A stretch of 59,105 bases of DNA from Promethearchaeota archaeon. GTDB lineage: Archaea > Asgardarchaeota > Lokiarchaeia > Sigyniarchaeales > SOKP01. Every line of letters begins with the position of its first letter. Within the stretch, counting starts at the first letter, position 1. The notes under the pieces are model-generated. The model ran no database searches. It worked only from the letters and a program-made list of their open reading frames with translations, and was not told the origin of the DNA. A program made the position numbers and the translations under genes. Where the stretch lies: NCBI GenBank assembly GCA_030599585.1, contig JAUVNS010000022.1, positions 1 to 59,105 on the forward strand. Reading direction: 5' to 3'. This document shows positions 42,036-51,550 of the stretch, in pieces.

Positions 42036-42351
42036 TTCACCATCCCAATTTTGATCATTTTTGGTTGGAAATATATATTATACATTTTTATAAAAATATT
42101 TCTGTAAGGATGTTAATAAACGGTTTGTTTATAGTCAAAGAAAGTTTTAGGAATACTCGATCGGAAACCGTGAATAACATTTTTTAGTTAACCTCCGACT
42201 TGTTTCAATCTCGATCTCGTTAAATCTTCATCTTTTCAAAATGTTAGTAGAAGGTTCTAATAGAATTTAAACCTCAAACGGGGAGGGAAATTTAAAATAT
42301 TATCACTCTAAAATACATGAATGATAATTTCTGATATGATTTCCTTAAAAT

Positions 42352-42897
42352 TCATAGTATTATTTCATATTTTAATAAGTGTGTCTTAGTTTCTTCAACA
42401 AATCTGTGGTATTTTTCGGGTGTGAAGTTAACATTTAAATCTACTAATATCTCAGGTAGTTCAATGAAAAAACTGATAAGTATATCCTTAAAATATTCTT
42501 TCATTTCAATATATTTTTCATTTTCTATGTCTTCTCTTACTTCATAAAGCACAGATTTATTAGTATTTTCTCTCTGCCTTACATCTCTTCCTTTATCCTG
42601 AAATCTCAAGAAATCCTTGATTGTTTGCTTATAAACTTTTCTACCTAATTCTGTTATAGCGTATTTTAATGGCCGAGAACTCTCAATGTAGAGATAATTT
42701 TTGTCTATCAATCTTCTCATTATTTGGGAGACTTGACTGCTACTTCTATTCAAATATGCCTTGATTTCACTATTATAAGCGGAATCCTCCTTTTTTACTA
42801 AATAGAATAATATCTTAAAGGTATGAATTGAAAGTATCCTTGGTCTATAATAAAAACGAGAAGTTTTTTGGTTTGCACTAGTTATTGATTTACTCAT
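42352..42897 (-). CDS. MarR-like winged-helix regulator
   Basis: SEIKAYLNRSSSQVSQIMRRLIDKNYL...YAITELG. Confidence 0.7.
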   Translation of the reverse strand: MSKSITSANQKTSRFYYRPRILSIHTFKILFYLVKKEDSAYNSEIKAYLNRSSSQVSQIMRRLIDKNYLYIESSRPLKYAITELGRKVYKQTIKDFLRFQDKGRDVRQRENTNKSVLYEVREDIENEKYIEMKEYFKDILISFFIELPEILVDLNVNFTPEKYHRFVEETKTHLLKYEIIL

Positions 42898-43082
42898 TGT
42901 GTAATCATATCTCCAAACTTATGAAAATTGAATAAAGCTTTATTGTAAATACACTCAAATTTCTTTATTTATAAAGAAAAAATTAATCTTCAAAATTTGA
43001 TCTGCGAAGGTGAAACTCTAATACTTAGAAATTAGAGATAATTTAATAGAATAAATTCATCTAACTTAGAAATTTAGATATT

Positions 43083-43388
43083 TTAAGCTTCATTTTTTGC
43101 ATATTTCTGAAATTCTATTTCTAAGCTATAACCTGCTTTTAATTTAAATCGTTTTACTATATCTTTTCTAATTGTTATTCCTTTAGAAGAACCCCCTGCT
43201 TTTACCACGGTTCCAGAGGTAGGGATACTTACAGAAATTTTTTCGGTTCCTTCCTTGTAAATTCCTTCAATATGTAATTGTATTGTATCTCCATCGTTGA
43301 TGCCTTCCGCATCTTGAATTGAAGGTGGGATTAAGAACTGTATTGATTTTCCCTTAGTTGATTGTTTTAATTCAACCACATCTCTCAA
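43083..43388 (-). CDS. Tandem AbrB/SpoVT DNA-binding protein
   Basis: FLIPPSIQDAEGINDGDTIQL; shares GIYKEG and GIT with 18517..18810. Confidence 0.65.
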   Translation of the reverse strand: MRDVVELKQSTKGKSIQFLIPPSIQDAEGINDGDTIQLHIEGIYKEGTEKISVSIPTSGTVVKAGGSSKGITIRKDIVKRFKLKAGYSLEIEFQKYAKNEA

Positions 43389-43708
43389 TCTTAATCAACA
43401 GTAATTTTGTAATTAGTATGATAATTTATTTTAAAATATGAACCTCTCAGATATAAGTCTTTTTATTAATTATGTTTCCAGCTTGATGATTATTAACACC
43501 TGTAACTTCTTATAATTCCAAATGAATCCTTATAAAAAAATATATTGAGATGAAAAAATATACTTTCCCAAATATTATATGATTATTTAAGGATATAAAT
43601 AATAAAGTAGATAGAAAATAGATAATATACTATTGAATCCTATTAAAACCAAATAAATACCTTAAAGAATAGAATTTTAGTGTTAAAAATGAAAAAGAAG
43701 AAAGAAAA

Positions 43709-43936
43709 ATGAATAAAAAATATAAATGTCCTAGGTGTGAAGGATTGAATATTCAAGATTTAGGAAAAACAATTGAGTGTGAAGATTGTCAGTTAGAATT
43801 TGAAAAATTTGATATTGAAAATCTCGATAGGGATGAGGTATTAGCTGTTAAAGAAAAACTAGCATTCATAAAAAGTATTAAATCAAACTCTGATGAAAAC
43901 CATTCAGAAAGCAAATTAAAGAAGAAAAAAAGGTAA
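43709..43936 (+). CDS. Zn-ribbon protein
   Basis: CPRC...TIECEDCQLEF...EKLAFIKSIK. Confidence 0.7.
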   Translation: MNKKYKCPRCEGLNIQDLGKTIECEDCQLEFEKFDIENLDRDEVLAVKEKLAFIKSIKSNSDENHSESKLKKKKR

Positions 43937-43988
43937 AAAAAATGTTTTTGGTTAAGAAAAGAATAGTGATTTATGGGGGGGGATCTCA

Positions 43989-44432
43989 TTGATCCATGAA
44001 ATAGGGATTTATCTCAATGGAGTTCTTCTTACTAATCGAACTTATTATAATTCTACAACTCTTAAGACTGATAGAGATTTGATTTGCGCTCTTATTTCTG
44101 CTGTGGAAGTGTTCTATAAAACAACATTTTCACAGGAGTTGGAATATCTCAAAGGAAAGCACCACATCTTAGTATATTCAAAAAAGATTATTAAAAACAT
44201 CGATACAAATGAATCTTTTCATGTTGTAGCTTATGCAATAGTAAATAATAGAAATTCTAGTCTTGAATCTTATGTTGGTAACAAGATTCGGCCAAAATTG
44301 GAAGAATTGCTCAATACATTTGAAATTAATTATGGAAAGTATATTGTGGAACCATTGAATAAAATACCTGGTTTTTCTCGTGAAATTGATGAAATATTTG
44401 CTGAGAGTTGGGAACTACAATCAGAGATTTAA
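43989..44432 (+). CDS. Longin-like domain protein (Asgard-type)
   Basis: MIHEIGIYLNGVLL...DLICALISAVEVF...LEELLNTFEINY...FSREIDEIF. Confidence 0.55.
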   Translation: MIHEIGIYLNGVLLTNRTYYNSTTLKTDRDLICALISAVEVFYKTTFSQELEYLKGKHHILVYSKKIIKNIDTNESFHVVAYAIVNNRNSSLESYVGNKIRPKLEELLNTFEINYGKYIVEPLNKIPGFSREIDEIFAESWELQSEI

Positions 44433-44460
44433 ACTCCTAAAAAGAAATAAACCTGGATTG

Positions 44461-44516
44461 GAGTGAGCAGGAGGGATCATGCCTGTCATAACAATAAAAT
44501 CCCTCTTACTCGACTC
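44461..44516 (+). other. GC-rich intergenic hairpin
   Basis: gagtgagcaggagggat pairs with atccctcttactcgactc (G-U pair, bulge, one mismatch). Confidence 0.6.
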
Positions 44517-44568
44517 TCATTATAAAATCGAAAAAAATTGAAACAATGGAGGGAAATTACTCATTAGT

Positions 44569-44940
44569 ATGGAATTAATTGAAAAAGTGATTAAAGATTT
44601 CCAAGAGATTAAAGCAAAACAGATTCATGATGGAAATTATGTAATTTATCTATGTAATTCTGAAAATGAAAAGATAATTGTAGGAAGGATAAATGATGAT
44701 GAGGTTGCTAGTCAGATATTTGAAAAAAACGCTGGTGAAATAACTGAAGATGATTGGGGCTGGTATGATGAGCAATTAGGAACATCCGATAAAGAATCTT
44801 ATGCAAAGATATATTGGAACGAAGCAGTCGTTAAAAGAGGACATTTAAAAGATAGTATAAGAATAGCGATTGAGAATCTTAATACTGAGAATACCAATAA
44901 GGGTAAAGCTTTTTTAGCAAAATTAAAAGCCAAATATTGA
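44569..44940 (+). CDS. Hypothetical protein directly upstream of the RT
   Basis: 123-aa ORF on the same strand as the RT. Confidence 0.6.
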   Translation: MELIEKVIKDFQEIKAKQIHDGNYVIYLCNSENEKIIVGRINDDEVASQIFEKNAGEITEDDWGWYDEQLGTSDKESYAKIYWNEAVVKRGHLKDSIRIAIENLNTENTNKGKAFLAKLKAKY

Positions 44941-45106
44941 ATTAATCCCAAAGCAACAGATTTCTACAAATAGTAAATAAGAAAATTCAAAAATTTATCA
45001 AAAATCCTTGATTATCTTGACCGCAATAAAGCAATCCCATAAAAATTATTTGGTAAGATGCGGATTTTATTTTTCGGATTATTATTTATCTCAATATGGG
45101 AGTTAT

Positions 45107-46156
45107 ATGAATGACATAGTTCCCAATTTTAACCTCTTGAACATAAATGAATTACCTGTTTTAGTTAGACCCTTTGACCTTGCTGATTATTTGGATATAA
45201 AATTTTCCACTCTAATAAAATACGGGAGTGTAAAAGAAGAGATAACCCTCTCTGAATCGATGTATAAGATATTTACAATAAAAAAGAAGACTGGGGGGAA
45301 ACGATATATCATAACCCCCGTTGATGGATTAAAAGAAATTCAAAAAAAGATTTATAGATTTATTCTTTTACATGTAAGAGCTTCTAGGTTTGCTACGGGA
45401 TTTATACCAACTAAATCAAATATAACAAATGCAAAAAATCATTATGGGTTTAAAGTTATTTACATCTTGGATTTAAAAAACTTTTTTCCTACAATTAAAT
45501 TTTCAAATGTATTTGAAATGTACAATTTAAAATTTGGATATTCAAAAGCCATCTCATTTTTGTTAACTAAATTAACCACTCACTTACCTCGTAGACATTC
45601 CAATGGGATGTTAAAGTTGTTGCCAAATTCTGAAAGTTTTCTTCCCCAAGGATCTCCGAGTTCTCCATACATCTCTAATCTTATTTTTAGCGAAGCAGAT
45701 TATGCTTTATATAAATTATCTCGTAAATATAACTTTGAATACTCTAGATATGCGGATGATATAACTTTTTCTAGTAAGGAACGGAAAATTGTTCCAACTG
45801 AATTTAGAGCAGGTGTAACAAAAATCATCAAGGAATCGGGATTTTATATAAATTACAAAAAGGAGCTCATCACAAGAACAAGACAGAAGATTACTGGAAT
45901 TATTGCCCACGACACACATTTAACACTTCCTCGGCAATGGATAAAGAGACTTCGCGCAGCTCTGCATGAATTAAAATATTTAGACTGTGAGAAAGAAGCG
46001 CTAGAAGTTCTCCTAAATAAGTTAAAGAACGTTCAAGGTAGGATAAACTATGCAATGGGTGTCAATAGGGGGAAATATTATCATTTTTATCTCGAATTTC
46101 AAGAGTTAAGATTATCGAAGTTTAAATATTTATTTAAAGATAAAAAAACAATATAA
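45107..46156 (+). CDS. Retron-type reverse transcriptase (likely start ATG 45107; track ORF starts at 45008)
   Basis: KKTGGKRYI, LKEIQKKI, ATGF, NAKNH (retron NAxxH), LDLKNFFPTI, LPQGSPSSP, YSRYADDITFS, QKITG (VTG-like); ggag SD before 45107. Confidence 0.9.
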   Translation: MNDIVPNFNLLNINELPVLVRPFDLADYLDIKFSTLIKYGSVKEEITLSESMYKIFTIKKKTGGKRYIITPVDGLKEIQKKIYRFILLHVRASRFATGFIPTKSNITNAKNHYGFKVIYILDLKNFFPTIKFSNVFEMYNLKFGYSKAISFLLTKLTTHLPRRHSNGMLKLLPNSESFLPQGSPSSPYISNLIFSEADYALYKLSRKYNFEYSRYADDITFSSKERKIVPTEFRAGVTKIIKESGFYINYKKELITRTRQKITGIIAHDTHLTLPRQWIKRLRAALHELKYLDCEKEALEVLLNKLKNVQGRINYAMGVNRGKYYHFYLEFQELRLSKFKYLFKDKKTI

Positions 46157-46176
46157 TATTTCAGTCACATTATCAC

Positions 46177-46404
46177 AGTTAGGTGTAAAAAGGAGATATA
46201 ACAAAACCAGGCTATCCTTTCTTTATCACAGAGAAGAGGATGTTGTGGTGTTCCGCCACACGAGGTCTTTGAGGTTTCTCGGACTTAGGATTTAGGGACT
46301 TTATAGCGTCTCTTATGATTCTAACGCTCAAGAAATTAATGAAGACATATCAAAATGGGATAATTTATTACTTATCGCTGGTATTTGTTTGATTAACCTA
46401 ACTT
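46177..46404 (+). ncRNA. Candidate retron-like msr-msd structured RNA downstream of the RT
   Basis: Terminal pairing agttaggt(46177)/acctaact(46397) and aacaaaaccag(46200)/ctggtatttgtt(46378); hairpins 46214-46241 and 46244-46260; long imperfect stem 46265-46346; found by hand pairing. Confidence 0.6.
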
Positions 46405-46437
46405 TTAGTTATTTTAATAAATAAGGAGCCGTAAAAC

Positions 46438-47475
46438 ATGTCTAATGCTTACTTTTTATCCCCTCATGAGCTCCAAGTGTTAAATTCTATTCCAAATTAT
46501 CAATCAGATTTCAAATTAGAAAAATTAGAAATCAAAAATTCAATAAAAAGCAAGCTGCAAAGATCACAAATCGATACGGTTAAATTGTTAGCTATAACTC
46601 CACTTTCTGTTATAAGAAAAACGGGCATCAAAATTGAAGATGGAATTAAAATAGTAAAAGATGCTCAAGAATTTTTGAAAACTAATTCTGAAAATAAAAT
46701 CGAGAGTAATAGTTTAACGCATTCAGGAATTTCGACCGGGAGTCAGAAATTAGACAATCTATTAAACGGCGGGATTAAACCTGGGCAATTAGTCCAAATA
46801 CATGGGGGGAGCGGAACTGGAAAAACTCAACTTGCTCACCAGGTTTGCGTAAATGCCCAACTCCCATACGATGAAGGGGGTGTGGATGGAGGCGTGTGTT
46901 TTTTGGATACTGACAATACTTTCCGTCCTGAGAGGATAGTCTCGATGGCAGATGCTTTAAATATGGATTATATAAAAGTGTTAAAAAATATTACTGTAGC
47001 TCGAGCTTATTCCAGCGAACATCAAATCTACATTATAAAGGAGGTATCTAAAATTATAAAGAAAAAAAATATTAAATTAATAGTAATTGATTCCTTAATA
47101 AGTCACTTTCGCAATGAATACCTTGGAGATTCTATTTTTTTAAAAAGACAACAACGTATAAATACCCATATGCTCGACCTGTTGAATTTATTAAAAGATT
47201 TTAATAACTTAGCAATAGTAGTTACTAATCAAGTGACCTATGATCCGAATCTCAACAAAAATAAACCTGCTGGGGGGCGTGTTGTGTTTTTTAACTCATC
47301 CATTCAAATTAAATTATTAAAAGGAAAAGGTACATCTCGAATTGCTAAAATTGTAGAAGCACCACAATTGCCTAACAATGATGCACATTTTTCCATAATG
47401 CGTGAAGGTATCCAAGACTGCAATTCACATTATCTTATAAAAAAAGGGAATTTCTATGATTTGGTTTACTTCTGA
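46438..47475 (+). CDS. radA: RadA/Rad51-family recombinase paralog (divergent)
   Basis: ISTGSQKLDNLLNGG, GGSGTGKTQLAHQVCVNAQLP, TFRPERI, ARAYSSEHQ, IVIDSLISHFRNEY, VVTNQV; N-terminal HhH-like domain. Confidence 0.88.
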   Translation: MSNAYFLSPHELQVLNSIPNYQSDFKLEKLEIKNSIKSKLQRSQIDTVKLLAITPLSVIRKTGIKIEDGIKIVKDAQEFLKTNSENKIESNSLTHSGISTGSQKLDNLLNGGIKPGQLVQIHGGSGTGKTQLAHQVCVNAQLPYDEGGVDGGVCFLDTDNTFRPERIVSMADALNMDYIKVLKNITVARAYSSEHQIYIIKEVSKIIKKKNIKLIVIDSLISHFRNEYLGDSIFLKRQQRINTHMLDLLNLLKDFNNLAIVVTNQVTYDPNLNKNKPAGGRVVFFNSSIQIKLLKGKGTSRIAKIVEAPQLPNNDAHFSIMREGIQDCNSHYLIKKGNFYDLVYF

Positions 47476-47971
47476 TTATCATTTATCTCACAAAAATATA
47501 ATTGAATATTGTAATCGTCCTTTTGAAAATGTTCAAGTAATGGATAGGACAATTGTATCAAACCTTGAGCGTAAATTAGAACCAGGTGATACATTGTATT
47601 TTCTTGGTGATTTAACATTTGATATCAACATAGCATTGCATTTTTTTAAAAATTTTAAAGATATTCAAATTCATTTTATTATAGGAAATCACGACTCAAC
47701 TAAAATTTTAGAAATTGCATATAAATTCTGTGCTACAGTATCGAACTTAAAAGTTATTAAAATAAAAAGGCAAATGATAACTCTTTGCCACTATCCTATT
47801 AGATTTGATAATGACAAACATAATTTTTGGTGTCTTCATGGTCATTCTCATGGAAAGAGTGCTCAAAAAGAGAGGGAATATGATGTAAGCGTGGATAATA
47901 ATGATTTTTTACCCTTATCATATCATGAACTTACTGAAATAATGAGGAAGTCTAGATATAATGTTATTTAA
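47456..47971 (+). CDS. Calcineurin-like metallophosphoesterase
   Basis: TSDYH, LGD, GNHD, CHYP, HGHSH; overlaps radA by 20 nt. Confidence 0.9.
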   Translation: MIWFTSDYHLSHKNIIEYCNRPFENVQVMDRTIVSNLERKLEPGDTLYFLGDLTFDINIALHFFKNFKDIQIHFIIGNHDSTKILEIAYKFCATVSNLKVIKIKRQMITLCHYPIRFDNDKHNFWCLHGHSHGKSAQKEREYDVSVDNNDFLPLSYHELTEIMRKSRYNVI

Positions 47972-48568
47972 AAGGCGTAGATGATTAAACGAAAAACTGA
48001 GATCAACTCATCTCTATATAAAGGAAAAAACGCCACAATTATCGCTCCCACCGATACTTAAAAATAAATTCTCGCTTCTCGAAGAATCACCAATTAAAAA
48101 TCTAAAATAAAAGTGAGAAAAATGTCTCTATGGGTTAATGTTGTTAAAAGAAGATTAGTTCTACTAAATAATAAAATAAAGCAGTATAGCCTAACTTCGC
48201 GCTTTGGAGCTCTTATGGATATGGCGAGTAATTATCGGTTATTAGAGATACAAATGGCAATACAGCAAATAATAGACAATCCATTCTGAGGTAGATCGCT
48301 ATGATGAATTATATGGAAGGCTTAAACGAGTATATTCTTAATATGTGTAATTTAATTCGTTTTCAAACCAAAGAGAAAAATAAAAAAAGTCTTCAGGAAA
48401 CTGCAAAAATTTTAGTAAAGCATAAAGTTCTCCATCAAAAAAGATTGAGAACATTGGAAGCTATTAGAAAGCAAATAGAAGAGGGATTGGAGCAATCATC
48501 TTAACATATTTGTTAGGTTTTTATACATCTTAGAATAAAAAGTTTTGACAAGGATGTGAATATAAAAA

Positions 48569-48841
48569 ATGTCCGATGTGTGGTTATTAAACCGAACAGT
48601 AAATAGATTTCGTAAGTTAGCAAAATCTTATCCAAATGACTCTTTTTATAGTGAATATGCTGATAAATTATCAGAAATCATAAATCTATTTTCTAAAAAA
48701 CCTTCCGAGGTAGATTATGAAAACATTCATAAGAAATACTTCTATTGTGTTAGATGTGGTGCTGAATTTCCCTCGTTAGGCGTTCCTACAAAATGCTTGA
48801 GATGTAAATCTACTAATTTATTAATAATGTTAGTTCACTAA
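48569..48841 (+). CDS. Small protein with C-terminal Zn ribbon
   Basis: CVRCG...CLRCKS. Confidence 0.6.
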   Translation: MSDVWLLNRTVNRFRKLAKSYPNDSFYSEYADKLSEIINLFSKKPSEVDYENIHKKYFYCVRCGAEFPSLGVPTKCLRCKSTNLLIMLVH

Positions 48842-48858
48842 AAAAAGGAGTGGTTTGA

Positions 48859-49209
48859 ATGGATACTGAATATATTTGTGAAGCTGTAAGGAGATTATCC
48901 TTTAATTCGAAAAGCATATATATTCCTATAGCCTTCGCTAAATGGTTTGATGATTCTGGGATTGAGATTGATACTAAGAATCATTTGGTAAAGTCAAATG
49001 GTAACAAAGCAAAGATTCAAATTGATATTGGTTTTAATGACAAAATCGGATATTCTTCTGGAAAGTTTATATGGGCGTTAAGAGAGGCTTTAACTGGAAT
49101 TGAGCAACCTAAAATGAATGCTACTTTTCCGAGCTCTATACATTATGATGTTGAAGTAATGAAACATACTGACGAAGCAATACGGGACATATTAGATTAT
49201 TTTAAATAA
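48859..49209 (+). CDS. Hypothetical protein
   Basis: 116-aa ORF with aggag SD. Confidence 0.55.
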   Translation: MDTEYICEAVRRLSFNSKSIYIPIAFAKWFDDSGIEIDTKNHLVKSNGNKAKIQIDIGFNDKIGYSSGKFIWALREALTGIEQPKMNATFPSSIHYDVEVMKHTDEAIRDILDYFK

Positions 49210-49724
49210 TTTTTTTTGTTTCTTTTTATTTTTTTGTCCAAAACTCTACGACTTTTTAAATTTAGATTATAAATAATAGAGTGATGAGTTTTACTACTAA
49301 AAATACGGAAAATAGGGTAAGAGTTTGTTTCGATTGCCGTGAGTTTCATCGTATTAATGTAAGTGATTATAAAACTAAAGAATCGTTGCATACTTTTGAA
49401 CTAAAACATCAAGGTCATAGAACCCAAGTAATAGATGCGAAAGTGTTAGCAGAAATACTTCCGTATAGTCAACAAGGCTTAAAAGTATGGTAAAGAATGA
49501 TTTAACCTTCGTCGTATTTTTCTAATGTGTTTATAGGGAATATGTTGAGATGAGGTTCCTTATACTTCTTTAGTTCATCAATCAGTAAAGATTTTATTGT
49601 TCTCATATATTTTATATTGGCCGAAATTTTTGACCGGGTATAAATATTAGTGATAGGGTTTAATTATTGATAAAAAATCGTTAAATTCTTTAGGTTTTTT
49701 AATCTAAATTAAGACATTCTAATT

Positions 49725-50123
49725 GTGAAAATTTCTAGTAAAATTCTTCCTAATGGGGATTTAGAGATTTATTGTAATTTTGAAGATGAAGAAGAAGAGA
49801 ATGAAATTTGTGGATGCTTAATTGAAGACTTCAATAATGTTGAAACTCATCTCTATGATCTCATCCATTCCAATTGTGGCATTAGATTTGTTGAACCTTG
49901 GGAACTAGAAAAATTAGGATTTTTAACCAATGCCACTTTATTCACTAAGCTCTATTATGACGATGAGGAAATACCAAATGTAATAAAATGGAAAAAAAAT
50001 CTTTGGATTCATCGACAAGATATTGATTGGGTTGATTCTTTAATTAAACAAGGTAAAGTAAAATTTGAGGCCATTCAGATAAAAAGATTTAATTCTCCAA
50101 TTAAGTTGCAAGAGCGATTTTAA
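49725..50123 (+). CDS. Hypothetical protein
   Basis: 132-aa ORF. Confidence 0.5.
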   Translation: MKISSKILPNGDLEIYCNFEDEEEENEICGCLIEDFNNVETHLYDLIHSNCGIRFVEPWELEKLGFLTNATLFTKLYYDDEEIPNVIKWKKNLWIHRQDIDWVDSLIKQGKVKFEAIQIKRFNSPIKLQERF

Positions 50124-50147
50124 AGAATTCTCCAATTAAATTACAAG
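50091..50147. repeat. Imperfect 22-bp direct repeat at a convergent gene junction
   Basis: aattctccaattaagttgcaag (50091) and aattctccaattaaattacaag (50126). Confidence 0.7.
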
Positions 50148-50785
50148 GAGTCTATTCACTGCTTTCTATTTTTGGTTTAAGATATTTGTAATAAAGCTTC
50201 TTACAATTAAGAGCATAAGAACAGGGGGAGTCCTTCGGGGGAATTTCTACACAATCCTTTATCTCTTCAGTAGTTAGTTTTTTTAAAGCTCTAAAAATTT
50301 CTTTTGTTATTGGAGTGACTGACTTTAAAGCCTTCAGAAACTCTATTTTTACTTTGCCTGGTGTGTATTCTGACATTTATTTATCTTCTCTTCTTGACCA
50401 TTCTGGGAAATCCATTAAAATCAAAAAAATTAAAATTTAGAGTTGTTTAAACTATACTTTAATCCCTGTTTTTCTATAACAGTGAACCCCATAGAATCAA
50501 GAGTTTCATTAATTACCTCGATTTTAGCCTCTATATCCTCTCTATTACCCGCATCCGCTAATGGAAAAAGATTAATGCATTTTGCTCGTAATTCTTCACA
50601 TTTTTTACACATTTTGTTTTTACCTCATTTTTTAAAAAATTTATTTAAGGAATTAAAAAAGACATCTCGCTTTAATTGATATCAAGTTTTTTTTTCTTTT
50701 ATATGAATAATAACCAATTTAAAGCAATACCAGCTTTAATATTCTCATAATTTCTGATATATGTTTTGCTCTGCTGTTATCTTCC

Positions 50786-51103
50786 TCACGCTTTTAATTT
50801 GGTTATCTCATATTTAATTCGCCATCGCTCAATAGTGTTCTCTGCTACTCCTTGTTGGTCGGCAATCTCTTTCTTTTTTTTTTTTAAGACAACATACTCG
50901 TTATAGAGCCAAGCCTTATTTTTATAATCGAATTTATGATTAGTAGATATTTTAGAAAGTTTGAATTTCGTAGCCCATCGAGATATTGCCCCCACGCTTA
51001 CATTACATTCTTCTGCTATCTCTTTAGCGAATCTTTCCTTCGTAATGTATTCTCTCTTAAGCCAATCCTTATTTTGATATGTTATTTCAGGTAATATACT
51101 CAT
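50786..51103 (-). CDS. Tandem HTH protein of the type seen in archaeal viruses and mobile elements
   Basis: YQNKDWLKREY...EIAEECNVS..AISRW and YKNKAWLYNEY...EIADQQGVA..TIERW. Confidence 0.7.
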   Translation of the reverse strand: MSILPEITYQNKDWLKREYITKERFAKEIAEECNVSVGAISRWATKFKLSKISTNHKFDYKNKAWLYNEYVVLKKKKKEIADQQGVAENTIERWRIKYEITKLKA

Positions 51104-51237
51104 TTTTTCTTCTCATCCTCTTTTTTATCTTGGTGTAATAAAGTTAAAATAAAGTCTTTCCAAGAATCATTGCCTTTTGCTTTTTTTAGTTGTTCATATT
51201 TATCATCATCAATAGCTATGTTAATATATTTGACCAT
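51100..51237 (-). CDS. Small RHH/antitoxin-like protein, 45 aa, absent from ORF track
   Basis: Hand translation MVKYINIAIDDDKYEQLKKAKGNDSWKDFILTLLHQDKKEDEKKK; ATGA overlap with the next gene. Confidence 0.6.
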   Translation of the reverse strand: MVKYINIAIDDDKYEQLKKAKGNDSWKDFILTLLHQDKKEDEKKK

Positions 51238-51550
51238 GTGATTTTCCCTCATTTGGTTATAAATTTTTAGTTAGATAGATAGACACATAGATAGTTACTA
51301 TGATAATAGGAAAAAATATAATATAAATATATGCCAAATTTATGATGATTATCGTATGGAATATTTTTAACTGGTTTTAAAACGAAAGAAAAAATGTTGA
51401 TTCGTTAACAAAATGAGAAGAAGTGATAAATTTTATCTATTAGAATAGAATCGTCCTAACATCAGGATGAATTTCATATAAATGTAGCTAAAGCCACTAC
51501 TTTAAATATATATTTATTAAATAATCTACAAAAAATACGGTGAAACAAGG

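Noticed and set aside
44461-44516. SECIS element
   Set aside because: No AUGA/GA kink-turn core, and no in-frame UGA selenoprotein candidate recognised nearby
46170-46231. DnaA boxes (ttatcacag at 46170 and 46223)
   Set aside because: Does not match TTATCCACA, the context is archaeal, and it is better explained as part of the RT-associated RNA region
45008-46440. RT as a group II intron or DGR
   Set aside because: It has retron NAxxH and ITG motifs, no evident maturase/endonuclease domain and no DGR-type GNxxSQ motif. The gagccgta at about 46426 does not continue into a domain V hairpin. I noticed no TR/VR repeat pair or avd gene.
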